DNA of 64,000 nucleotides, from NCBI GenBank assembly GCA_964016885.1, contig OZ024741.1, positions 279,310,001-279,374,000 of the forward strand, written 5' to 3'. The position numbers were made by a program, and so were the translations under genes. This DNA is from Eledone cirrhosa. Lineage: Eukaryota. The notes under the pieces were generated by a model, which was given only the letters and a program-made list of their open reading frames with translations, had not been told where the DNA came from and did no database searches. Every line of letters starts with the position of its first letter. Positions within the stretch are counted from its first letter, which is position 1. Shown piece after piece: positions 1 to 12,422 of this stretch.

Positions 1-367
1 ATTTTCTCCCTTGCTGGAGCATATCTCTTGCATTGGAGATATCAAGATTTATAAAATCTTGTTTTTTGTTCACTGTTTCAGCGAAAGACATTTTCTTTTT
101 TTTGTGTGGTGTTGCTGTTGTTGTTGTTTTTATCGTTGTTAGCCTCGGTGGTGGAAATCTCAGTTCCTTGACGAGGTGAAACATTATGTGTAGATGTATC
201 TGTGGAGTTGTTGGTGTCTTTTTCATGTGTATGTATGTTAATAGGTTTAATTCCTGTGTTTTCCTGATATTGTTATTTTTCTCCGCTTCGACGGTAGAAA
301 TTTTAAAATCTTCAAGTGGTAACATTTTTTCCTCTTTGTTGACAGTCGTATCTATGACGACGTCCAT
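1..367 (-). other. Open reading frame running off the window start; possible LINE (L1/Tx1-type) ORF1 N-terminus or unknown gene exon
   Basis: ATG at 367, no stop down to position 1: MDVVIDTTVNKEEK...TTTTATPHKKKKMSFAETVNKKQDF. The low-complexity N-terminus and KMSFAETV resemble LINE ORF1 S(F/Y)AxxV motifs. Confidence 0.35.
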
Positions 368-719
368 AGTAGCAGAAGCAGAGATAACGTTAATATCTGC
401 TTCTTTCTCTCTCTTTCCTCTATTGACGTTCTCCAACGTTCTTGTGTTGTTCAAGTTATTTAGTTTGTAAAATTTGATATTTTAAAACAATTTTTAAAAT
501 AAAATGTTCGCCCCTACAGGGGCGAAAAATGGGATTACCACCCAGCTGACAATTTAGCTTGGGGGTTAATCTACAAAATAATATGTTTTTTCAAACAATT
601 TGTTCTGTTTTTCGTATATAAATTTAGAAAAAATCTTACCGGCGATGTTTCACGCGTCAGTCAGAAAGAGAGATAGATAGATAGTTATATAGGTAGATAT
701 ATTCTCATTTGCAATTATA

Positions 720-730
720 TTTATATATAC

Positions 731-786
<56 letters not shown>
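720..786. repeat. (TA)n(TG)n microsatellite
   Basis: Directly visible. Confidence 0.95.
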
Positions 787-788
<2 letters not shown>

Positions 789-1546
789 CGCTCTCTAGAC
801 CAAGGGAAGTAGCTGGAGTTACTTCCCGTTGAAATTCCAGAACCTTCTTTCTAACTTCCGTCCAGAGCTCAAAGCTATCTCTCTCTTCTTCACCTCTTGG
901 CCGCCTGACTTAAGGCCAGGCATGGTTACGCCAAAGGTATACTCTCTTTCTGGCGGTTTTCTTCTCAAGCTTAACAAGCATGTTAACTTTTCTCTAACCA
1001 CCTATCATGGATCTGGACTATACCTAATTATGTACGAGAATATTTGTTTACAACAATTATAACATGGAACTACAATAAAAATGAAACTTATATTTGATAC
1101 TCGTTCCGAGAGACTGCTTACGTTTTATCATTACCTTTGTAATGGGAATTAACTCTCATTCGACATGGTGTTATGTAAAATATCTTATCCTTTTCTTTAT
1201 AAAATTTAGTAGTCAGATTCCGGTGACATTTACTCGAGTAAATAACCCTAAAATGGTGACCCTGACGGAGTGAAACACCAACTACTAAATATATATAATA
1301 TAATATATATATATAGGATAACAAGGTATCGTTTAAGGTAATCCAGCTAGGGATTGTGAGTACTCTGTGTTGGGGATAGTTTTAACGTAAGGCGTTGTTT
1401 GACTCAACAAGAAGTTTCCTTAGTTAGGTGGCGAGTTCAAGAGAATTCTCATGCAGGTGGTTCTTGGAGTAATAATAGTGAAACAATAAAGAATAATATG
1501 GATTGAATTCATACAGCCAAACGCTGTCAATGACAGCCTCATATAC

Positions 1547-1588
1547 AGAAGAAGAAGAAGAAGAAGAAGAAGAAGAAGAAGAAGAAGA
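1547..1588. repeat. (AGA)n microsatellite
   Basis: About 14 perfect AGA units. Confidence 0.95.
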
Positions 1589-1734
1589 ATGCAGGTATTT
1601 TTAATATTTATTTCATAGAAATAAATATAGATATTTATACAAAAAAATAGTTTTATTTTCATTTTTTTTTTTATTAAAACAACTTTAATAAACTTCCAAA
1701 ATCAGATAACAGTAAATAAATATTCAGGAAATAA

Positions 1735-1778
<44 letters not shown>

Positions 1779-1780
<2 letters not shown>

Positions 1781-1995
1781 CATCATCATCATCGTTTGAC
1801 GTCTATCTTCCACGTTAGCATGAGTTTAGACGGAAATTGTCCCACGTGAGGCAAGATTGGTTGTCTTGCTCGTATAGGACTGTTTGGCGGGTTTTCTACG
1901 GCTGGATGCCCTTCCTAACACCAACCACGTTTACAGTGTGGACTGGGAGGTTTTTATCGTGTTACCTACACGGCCACATTACAGCGTGGACTGTG
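1779..1995 (-). mobile_element. RTE LINE 3' UTR fragment with (GAT)n tail
   Basis: Near-identical to the 3' UTRs at 30043-30260 and 59703-59920; begins with (CAT)n on the plus strand. Confidence 0.8.
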
Positions 1996-2211
1996 TGTGT
2001 ATATATATATATATATACTTTGTAGATGGTCATATACATATAATATACATATATACTGTGTAGATCACTTACATATATACATACATGCATATATATCTAT
2101 ATAATATATGTACTGTGTAGATCACTATATACATACATATATATAATTATATATATATATATAATGCCATGACTAAATTATAACCATCAACATAGTCAAG
2201 GTATGTCAAGC

Positions 2212-2292
2212 ATCAAATTATTTTATCTGATGAAGACGTACTGTTGAAATAGCTCAGTATCTCTGAAATATGTATAATAAAATATATTTGAT
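2212..2292 (+). ncRNA. Type I minimal hammerhead ribozyme motif (Penelope pLTR type)
   Basis: Helix I ATCAAAT-TATTTTAT/ATAAAATA-t-ATTTGAT; CTGATGA 2227-2233; helix II AGAcGTACTG/CAGTATcTCT; GAAA 2265-2268; near-palindromic TATGTA; UA, predicted cleavage after 2276. Confidence 0.7.
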
Positions 2293-2535
2293 CACATGAA
2301 TGTCTATATTTATTAATATTTTGAATATATATATATATTAAAATAACAAATTAAACTTTAATCTGTTATTTTAATAAATATTTGCTCTAGGGTTCTTATA
2401 TATTTAATATATATTTATCCTTATCGAGCCCTCTTTGGATTTTAGTCTTCATCTTTATTATTATTATACAAGCAAATTATAAACGTAAACATGTATGTTT
2501 TTGAAACGGTGCGTGAGTTTGAAATTAGAAATTAG

Positions 2536-2739
2536 AAATTATAAGCTTTCACCGTATTTTAAACTAAAGAAATTTCTAGCCTGATAGTGGGGTTTATAAC
2601 CCTCGGAGAAATGGAAAAAGATGAGTGTTGCCGTACATGTACGGCAACACTCATCTTTTTCCATTTCTCCGAGGGTTATAAACCCCACTATCAGGCTAGA
2701 AATTTTTTTAGTCTAAAATACGGTGAAAGCTTATAATTT
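2536..2739. repeat. Spacerless palindrome, 102-bp arms
   Basis: Centre ACA|TGT at 2637/2638; two mismatches between arms. Confidence 0.95.
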
Positions 2740-2820
2740 ATATATATATATTAATATACACATACATATGCATATTTACATATATATTGTGTAGATAATC
2801 ATATATATATATACTTATAT

Positions 2821-3147
2821 GGAGGCACATGGCTTAGTGGTTAGAGCATTGGTCTTGCAATCGAAAGGTTGTGAGTTCAATTCTCAGACCGGGTGATGTG
2901 TTGTTTCCTTGAGCAAGACACTTTATTTCATATTGCTCCAGTTTACTCAGCTGTAGAAATGAGATGATAGGAACTGGGGTCCATATCATTCCACTGCAAA
3001 GTGGTCGTGGAGGTGCTACGGCAAAAAAGCACCCAATGAGGTTGGTGTTAGGAAGGGCATCCAGCTGTAGAAATCAAGCCAGAATCAGTTCCTGTCCCAC
3101 CCTTGCAAGCAGGGAAAAGCGGACGTAAAATGATGATGATGATGATG
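2821..3147 (+). mobile_element. tRNA-derived SINE (family A) with RTE-type 3' tail
   Basis: A box TGGCTTAGTGG, B box GAGTTCAATTC, central CCTTGAGCAAGACACTT. The 3' part GGAAGGGCATCCAGCTGTAGAAATCAAGCC...(GAT)n is shared with the RTE at 16925-17081. Confidence 0.8.
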
Positions 3148-3293
3148 ATACATACACATATAAGAATATATATAGTGTGTAGATGATTACATACATATAC
3201 ACACATATATAATGCGTAGATCATATACATACAAACAAACACACACATATACACAGATATATACTGTGTAGATCACCATGTACGTATATCCAT

Positions 3294-3331
<38 letters not shown>

Positions 3332-4199
3332 ACACTGTGTAGATCACCATGTACATACATATACACTGTGTAGATCATCATGTTCATATATACATGTGCA
3401 CACACACATACATACTGTGTTGATCACCATGTAGATACATATATACACACTGTGTAGATCATGTACATATATACGTGTGTATACATACATGATACATACA
3501 TATTTACATATACACATATTTACATTTAACCTTCAATATGAGCAGTCACACTTATGGTATGGGAGATTATTCATTAAATTTAAGATGACTACTATCCCCA
3601 ACAGTAATGCCACAATTACCAGCCATTGTTAAATAACTGGTTATTTATTCTGGTGATATTCCTTGAAGTCACCTTTTATTCTAAATCATAGAGATATCCA
3701 TCTAATTATTGAATTCACTTTATAAGGATTTGTTCTAAACAACATGGCTGGACACAACATCAACAATACTAGTGAAGAATCCAAGAATATACATACATAT
3801 CGGTATATATACATATATATGTCGGACTCCCTCAAATGTATATCTATACTTGTGTATATATATAGCCGATACTGTAAAGTGGTCATGATGGCACAGAAAA
3901 AAGCACCCAGTCCACACTGTAGAGTGGTCATGTAGGTGACACAACAAAAAGCACCCAGTACTTATAACAATTTTACTCTACGCACGCTTCAATGTATAAC
4001 AGCAGGCCATACCTCAATATACATTGATAAACTCCAATATAACCAAACATATACTATATATCTATAGTATATGTTTTGACTTCCTGTTGTTGGTTTGGTT
4101 AGGTAGATGTAACTACACCTTCTTAAACTAAAGTGGGTGTGTTGCACTATTGTTGAAGGGGGCATGCTTCTGGCTTTCTGTAAGAGAATCCAGGAGGGG

Positions 4200-5195
4200 T
4201 TGAGCTCTTGGGGTTGGTGGTGATGTGGGCTTTCGTGTTTTTAGCACAAGAATAATCGAGTTACATCCTGTGTCTATTGAAGATAGATCGGTATTTATGC
4301 CCTGTAGGGAAGTGCTTATCTAGGAGTGGTAAGAATTTCTTACATTGGTTCTAACACTAATTGAGAAGGGTGGACAGAACCAAATTATTTTTTATTATTT
4401 CGACTTCTTTTCCTACTGGTGGTGGGGTTAAGAGGGGAGTAAGAAATTGTGTCAGAGAAGCTGTTGTTGGCTAACGGGGTGTTGTATAGGGTACTGTTCT
4501 ATCTAAGATGGCCTTGTTAGAAGAAAGGTTAGAGATTCTAGTGCCGATATTTTTTAAGAAGTTTTTGAAGATCATACATGAGTGGCATGAATCCTTGTGT
4601 ATGTAAGTTAATTTTTTTATTAAGTTTATAGAAAGGTCTGAATGTGTGTATGCGAAGGTCTAAATTAATGTCTAGATAATCTATGCTAGTCAGGTTTGTG
4701 GCTATCGTGATCCTAAGTCCTAACTCGTTAAAGGTAGTTATTAAGTCTTTTCTAAAGCGGTCCAGATCGTGACCACTTTTATGGCTCAAAAATGTCAGAC
4801 CATCGTAGCGGTATAAGCCCGTGTTGAAGTCTGGAAATCTGACTTGCAACATCTAAAATATATAAACCAACCAAATCGCATACATCAGCATTATTGAATG
4901 ATCCCATTGAGACGTTGAATAGTTCCAAGGTAGTTGACTTTTTTGTCCAGGCTACACCATTACTGAAGAGGGGGGTTTTCCTGCAGAGTGCAATGATCTG
5001 TCTACCCATGTCTTGGATGGCAGTATAAGTTGTGGCAAATTCTAACGCTTTATCCAACAGGGTCGGCAAGATCAACAGGTAGAAGTCCACTATATCAAAC
5101 TGGGTGAATTTTGTCTTTTTGGTGCTGAAAGAATTGAACCACTTAATAATAGAGCCACTGTTCTCCCATTGGGACAAGTTGGATTTCATCCTAAT
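4200..5195 (-). mobile_element. Degenerate Penelope-like element (Naiad-type) RT fragment
   Basis: QWENSGSIIKWF, FDIVDFY, MGSFNNADVCDLVGLYIL, GLYRYDG, YLDINLDL, IIWFCPPFS, HFPTGHKYRSIFN, split across frames by frameshifts and stops. Confidence 0.85.
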
Positions 5196-5284
5196 AGTCT
5201 TAATTATATACATATATATACATGTATATATCCATACATATATATATACACATATATACATATATATATATATATATATACATA

Positions 5285-7883
5285 CAATAAACCAACAACA
5301 ACCAGATATCGGGTAACCCCAAACACACAACTACATACAGACCCAATACTCAACACCAGAACCAGATACAACCACTGCCATAACACCAAGAACAATTACC
5401 GGAGACAAAATCAAAGACACATGAATACTAAACGAAACAACAGAAGAACCAGACCCCCATACAGCAACGACCACGCAAGAGTCTATCGCCCAACCAGTTA
5501 CCGGCATGAAGTTCCGGCGGACCAAAGGTTTCACCACAACAGAAACACCCCTATCCCAAATGCACCCATTTTTTAGGACTAGGGGCCTCACACCAAAGGA
5601 AAGAAAAAAAGAAAAAAGCACCACCTTTCAAGTGGCACCTGACGAGAAAGAACCAATCGAACCAAAAATAATCAATATATCAGCCAAGAAATTAACACAA
5701 CCAGAAATACAACTGTTAGAAAATGGACTGAAGTTCACTCCCACTCCGAAAGCAGATACAGCCGATGTTATAAAAGACACAGAAGAATACTGTCGAAAAT
5801 TACGCTTAGGAGAATTCTTCCAGGGTGTACAATACGAGGAAGAATCACTGGTGAAAAACAAAAAGAACTTCACACCCCCGCTAAATAGAGATAAATACCT
5901 GGAGAAGTACATAACCTGCCTTCGCCGATCAGCACGTACAAATACGGCCGAGACGAAACACAAACGCAACATCCCTACAGACCAACTACTAGCATTGAAC
6001 AAGCTACAAAGGGATTCCTCAATAATAATAAAAGAAGCGGACAAAGGTGGAGCAATTGTCATCATGGACATAAACCACTACAAAGATGAATGACGAAAAC
6101 TTCTACAGGAAAATCACTAAAAACGAAGAAAGGAAATCGAGGAACCAAATAGGCAAACTAACAACAAAGTACCAAAACAACCTAACACCAAAAGAAGTAG
6201 ATTACCTAACCAACTTCGAAATGAAAACCAGCAATTTCTATGGATTACCAAAAATTCACAAATCCATAGAAATCCAAAACAACATAAAAGGGAAAAATAC
6301 ATCATACATCGAAGCACCAAAACCGACAGACTTAAAATTACGCCCCATTATTGCTGGCCCAGCCTCAAGCACACAACGTCTAAGCAACCTATTAGACATC
6401 ATACTCAAACCCCTATGTAAAAAAGTTCCAAGCTACATCAGAGATGATATGGAATTCCTTAACTATATCCCCCAAAAAGTACACCAGGATACAATCCTAA
6501 TCAGTTTTGATGTAATAAGCCTGTACACTAACATCCCACACGACCTAGGGATTGAAGCTGTGGACTTCTGGATTACAAAACACTCAAGTCACATTTCAGA
6601 AAGATTCCCCCAAAGAATTCATCTTGGAAGGACTTAAATTAGTATTGGAAAACAACCACTTCCTCTTTGACAACAAACTTTATTTACAAATAAAAGGAAC
6701 AGCCATGGGTACCAAAGTGGCCCCTACATATGCAACGCTCGTTATGGGTCACTTAGAGGCAAAATTATATTCCCAACTACAGATAACATTCAGTCAGGAC
6801 TTCGCCTTCTACATTAATAAAAACTGGAAACGTTACCTAGATGACTGCTTCATCTTCTGGAACAGAAGCCAAACAGACCTACAAAAATTTTATTCAATCT
6901 TAAACAGGCTTCATGAAGCTATACAATTCACTATGGAATGTAACGAAAAGGAACTGCCCTTTCTAGATATCCTCATCATTAAAGAAGGGGAAAATGTCAT
7001 AACGGACCTATTTTGCAAACCCACTGACACACACCAATACTTAAATTTCCGGTCAGCACACCCCTCACATACGAAAAGGAACATTCCCTTCAACATGGCA
7101 AGGCGCATCTGCACTATAGCAACACACCCCGTACTACAAGAAAAAAGATTATGTGACCTGAAAAAATTCCTTAAAAAACAAGAATACCCGATGAAACTCA
7201 TCAACGCAGCATTCTCCAAGGCTAAGAACATCCCAATAACAACACTGAGAAAACCAAACCCACAACATAAAAAAGAAAACCCTGCTATCTCTTTTGTCAT
7301 CACTCACAACCCAGGGAACGTCAACATTGTGAAAACTGCTAAGCAGTATCTCCCGATTCTACAGCAATCTACCAAAATGAATGCACTCTTAAAAAAAACA
7401 CAGATAATTTATAGCTGACGCCAAGCACCCAACCTTAAAAAACTAATTACCAAGGCAAAATTTACGACCAACATGGAATCAATGCAAGTGACGAAATACG
7501 GGGACCCTAGATGTGGAACCTGTGAACTCATCGAAGAGGGCAAACAGTTGTCCTTCAAAAACCATGATAATTTCAAGGTCAATGCAAACATGAACTGCAA
7601 AACGAAAAACCTAATATATTGCGCATCATGTCCACAGTGTAAAGAGTATTACATTGGGGAAACCGGAACGGGACTACATGATAGAGTCCGGGTACATAAA
7701 CAACAAATTAAAGACCCCACAGTCAGAAATACCACATGTAGCGCACACTTTGCATCATGCGGGAAGGGAAAATTCACAATCTTCCCTTTCTTCAAGATAT
7801 GGTCGGATAACGAACATTTCCGCAGATATAAAGAAGAATTCTTCATTGAAAAATTTAAACCACTACTGAAAACGAAAAAATGA
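5285..7883 (+). mobile_element. Near full-length Penelope-like element (Neptune-type) RT + GIY-YIG endonuclease, disrupted
   Basis: GLKFTPTP, IIKEADKGGAIV, FYGLPKIHK, LRPIIAG, FDVISLYTNI, QIKGTAMGT, RYLDDCF, PFLD, PRCGTC linker, NLIYCASC..YYIGETG..R...H. Frameshifts near 6088 and 6610; in-frame TGA at 7416-7418. Confidence 0.92.
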
Positions 7884-8146
7884 ATTAACACTCGGAGGTA
7901 AAATTCCATTTCACTACCCCCACCCCTCTTCTTGTGTACACATGAATATCTGAGTGAACAGTGAGACACACACATATGTGTAGGTATGTATGGATGTATG
8001 TACGTGTGGGTATATATGAATGTGGGTGTGTGTATGTGTGTGTATATATATGTATGGATGTGTGTATGTATGTATGTGTGTGTGTATATATATATATGTG
8101 TGTATGTATGTATATGTATATGTATATGTATGTATGCGTATATTTG

Positions 8147-8182
<36 letters not shown>

Positions 8183-8266
8183 CGTTTATTCTGGGTTGAA
8201 TCGGAGGTAACCACAGTAAGTAAGGTACTCAATACATTGCAGAGTATAAAAGTTTTAATATAGATG

Positions 8267-8317
8267 AGATTCTACAGGACTAGAACTGTTTCATTCTTTA
8301 GAAATCATCAGGAATCT
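8267..8317 (-). ncRNA. Type I hammerhead ribozyme motif (sense to the Naiad-type ORF)
   Basis: Exact reverse complement of 12372-12422. Confidence 0.8.
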
Positions 8318-8779
8318 GGGTATCAAAAAATAAGTATGGTATTTATAGGTCTCTACAAGTGGTAGGAGAGGGTGGGGAGTGGGATGGGTGTAGGTCATTG
8401 GTTGATAGAAAAGGGAATTCATTAAAAGCTAATTCTACAAAGCTATAGTTTATTTTTATTTATTTTTGTTTTTAGAGTAACAAAGGCAGACAGAATTCTA
8501 TAAACAGGTTCAGGATGGCATGCCACTCCTTATTATTAAGTTTCTCTTAAGTTAACAGGTGTCTATAAGATCAGTGGGGGGTCAGTCATGGTAGATAGAT
8601 TTAAAGGAAAGGGAGATTCTTTAAAAGCTAAATTCATTAAGGTTCTACTAAGTGACAAAGGTTTAGAGAATTCTGCAGACAAATTCAAAATATTGAGTGC
8701 ATATCTTACAATTATCTTCAAATTTCTCTTAAACTATTCAACTATATGCCAAAAATCAACAGACACATTAACAAAACAC

Positions 8780-9172
8780 ACACTCACACACTCGCGCGCA
8801 CCCATAAACACACATACACATATACACACATATACACACACACACATATAAATATATTTATATATATATATATATATACATATATACATATACATACACA
8901 CACATACATACACACATATATATGTATATATATATATATATAAATAAATATATATATATACATACATATACATACGCACATATATATATATATACACACA
9001 CACACACAAACACATATACACATATATAAGGAAAAATTGAACGGGAACAAAACAGAGGGGCAGAACAAACAAATGTTTATTAATTTCACGCTCTTGAGTG
9101 TGGGGTCACACACACATATATATATATACACACACATACACCATACATACATATATTTATATATATATATAT

Positions 9173-9211
<39 letters not shown>

Positions 9212-9212
9212 T

Positions 9213-9249
<37 letters not shown>

Positions 9250-9254
9250 CATAT

Positions 9255-9287
<33 letters not shown>

Positions 9288-9346
9288 CACACACATACAC
9301 ACACATACATATATAAATACATACATACACATACATATACACATAT

Positions 9347-9383
<37 letters not shown>

Positions 9384-9508
9384 TATATATACACACACAC
9401 ATACACACACACACACATGCACACACACACATGCACACACATCTATATATATATACATACACACACATATATACATACACATACACACATATATATATAT
9501 ATATATAT

Positions 9509-9589
<81 letters not shown>

Positions 9590-9808
9590 TATACATATAT
9601 ATATACACACACACATATACATACACACATACACATATACATACATATATATATATATATATACACATATATACACATATATACATATAAACACATATAT
9701 ACATGTATATATATATATATACATATATATACACACATATATACATATATATACATATATACACATACACACATATATATACACACGCACACACACACAT
9801 ATATATAC

Positions 9809-9877
<69 letters not shown>

Positions 9878-10026
9878 CATACATATACACATATACACAC
9901 ACATATACATATATACATATATATACACATATATACACACATATACATATATATACACATAAATAAACACATATACACACATAAATAAACACATATACAC
10001 ACATATATACACATACATACACATGC

Positions 10027-10077
<51 letters not shown>

Positions 10078-10148
10078 TACATATATACACATACACACGA
10101 ATATACAGACACACACATACACACATACGTATACATAAATAAATAAAC

Positions 10149-10195
<47 letters not shown>

Positions 10196-10238
10196 TATAC
10201 ATACATATATATACATATATATACATATATATATATAC

Positions 10239-10277
<39 letters not shown>

Positions 10278-10386
10278 CATACACATATACATACATATAT
10301 ATATACACACACACACACACACGTACATACATACACCTACATATACACATATACATATATATATATATATATACATAAAAATATAT

Positions 10387-10423
<37 letters not shown>

Positions 10424-10430
10424 TATATAC

Positions 10431-10463
<33 letters not shown>

Positions 10464-10478
10464 CATACATACATACAC

Positions 10479-10509
<31 letters not shown>

Positions 10510-10875
10510 CACGACGGTTGGATGGCCACTGATGAGGACAAACTTTTTCATATATACATATATACATATATATATATATACATATATATATACACAAACA
10601 TACACACATACACACATACATATATACACATATACATACACACATACACATACATACACATATATAAATATATACATATACACACATATATATACACATA
10701 TACACACACACACACATATATACATAAACATATACACATATACATATATATATATATAAATATATACACATACATACATACGCATACATACACATATATA
10801 TATATATATACATATATATACACACATATATATATATATATACATATACACACATACATATATACACATACACAC

Positions 10876-10914
<39 letters not shown>

Positions 10915-11000
10915 TACCCATATACACATGTGCACACATACACATACATACACATACACATACATATACACAAAAATATACACATACAAATAAATAAGTA
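8780..11000. repeat. About 2.2-kb compound (TA)n/(CA)n/(TACA)n microsatellite
   Basis: Directly visible; source of many spurious Y/I/V/C/H/T ORFs. Confidence 0.97.
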
Positions 11001-12371
11001 CTCAATAAATATACGCATATACGCAGGCACATAAAAACACCTCTACAGGCAGAAAATGTAGATAGGTAAGAGGTACTCACATAACCATAGTGGCCGTATT
11101 TCAGGTTGAGGAGGGGTGGGGGTAGGGTAGGAAGGAGGTATAGGGGCCAATAGGAGGAGGTCGTTTTTAGCCATCGGGCTTTAACACTGGCTTAAAGTGT
11201 TTGAAAGTTGCAAAGTTCTTGTGCATGCAGTTCGGGCAGTGTTCAGAGAGTTTGTTCAGTAGCGGGCCCTTGGCGAATAAAATTTCGTAGCTCTCTGAAA
11301 TACAAAGGTCGCAGCCCTTGTGTCCTCTGTTGTAAGAGCACGCTTTCTGGAGTATTTTCCATTTAAGCGTGAAGGGGGTGGAGTTCCTTTTGAGGTCCCA
11401 AACATAGGAGGCGAGTGTTGTCTGGTTAGATTTGTCCGGTCTTCTGAAGGAGTGGGTATGGGCATACCAACGGGTCTTAAAGTTGTTGGAGGTCATGCCG
11501 ATGTAAGTTTTTTTGCAATCATCGGTGCCTGAGATGACATCACATTTGTATACGATATCATTTGTGAGGCATTTGTTTTCAAGTGGGCATGCTTCCTTAT
11601 TTAGGCAATTACAAAGAGCCCCAGTCCGGGGATTGGGTTCGGAGGTGGTTGGCTTATTTAATTTTTTAGAATTGTGGTTGGCTATATTCCTAGCTAGGTT
11701 AGGTGTGGTGGAGTAGGAGAGTCTTATTGTGTTCTTATTAAAGATGGTGTGGTACCTATGTTGTATGGGGAAGTGTAATTTCAGCAAAGTGAAGAAAATC
11801 CTAGCTATCGGAGTAGAGACCTCTCTATTGAAGGGAGGGTTGTACCAGCTAATCTGCCTATGTCTATTCCTCCTCTGCAATCTTGCGGTGGTTTCTAGGT
11901 ATGTTATCTTTTCTTTAAATCCGCTACGGGCGAGGGCGTCATTGTAGTAGGAGGCAGATGCGTTAAAAATATCTTTGTTGGCGGAGAGGCCAGATATTCT
12001 AATAGAGACGCTTTTTACTAGGTTATCAGTGATGTTTTGGGGGTGGTTTGAATTAACATTAATATATTTAAGGGACTCGTTAGGTTTGTGGTACGGGTAA
12101 TAGAGGGAAGTATCTAGGTCGAGAGTGACATCTAAGAAGTTGGCCCTAGTCAAATTAGATTCTATAGTTATACTAAATCCTAGATTAGAGAAGAATGAGC
12201 TTAAGTTTTTCCGAAACCCATCGGTGGTTCTGGGGTTAACCTTATGCAGAGCGAAGAGGCCGTCGTCTCGGTATAAACCTCCCGTTAGGCCGGTAAAGAG
12301 GTTCTTCAGCTCCCCACCCTCTCCTACCACTTGTAGAGACCTAGAAATACCATACTTATTTTTTGATACCC

Positions 12372-12422
12372 AGATTCCTGATGATTTCTAAAGAATGAAA
12401 CAGTTCTAGTCCTGTAGAATCT
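12372..12422 (+). ncRNA. Type I hammerhead ribozyme motif in the inverted pLTR
   Basis: AGATTC-CTGATGA-tTTCTaaAGAAt-GAAA-CAG-ttCTAGtc-CTG-TA-GAATCT; predicted cleavage after 12416. Confidence 0.8.

Noticed and set aside
1060-1480. Possible decayed Naiad-type fragment on the minus strand (similar hint at 3600-3790)
   Set aside because: Only faint motif resemblance; cannot be supported without a translated search
2821-2890. tRNA gene
   Set aside because: A and B boxes are present but there is no acceptor stem; the sequence continues into a SINE body and RTE tail
7416-7418. In-frame TGA in the Neptune-type ORF as selenocysteine (some Naiad PLEs are selenoproteins)
   Set aside because: The position is not a conserved Cys and the copy has other lesions. 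Conserved Cys codons in the Naiad-type ORFs at 11167-12309 and 53255-53851 are ordinary Cys, and I recognised no SECIS.
8734-11080. Long ORFs (up to 610 aa) rich in Y/I/V/C/M/H/T
   Set aside because: Translation artefacts of (TA)/(CA) microsatellite, which lacks stop codons
11082-11180. Minus-strand hammerhead overlapping the Naiad-type stop codon (CCGATGG...GAAATA)
   Set aside because: Two core substitutions and no convincing helix I or II
12310-12330. Start codon MVGEGGE of the 387-aa ORF
   Set aside because: It derives from the inverted pLTR fused to a truncated RT; it is not a genuine N-terminus
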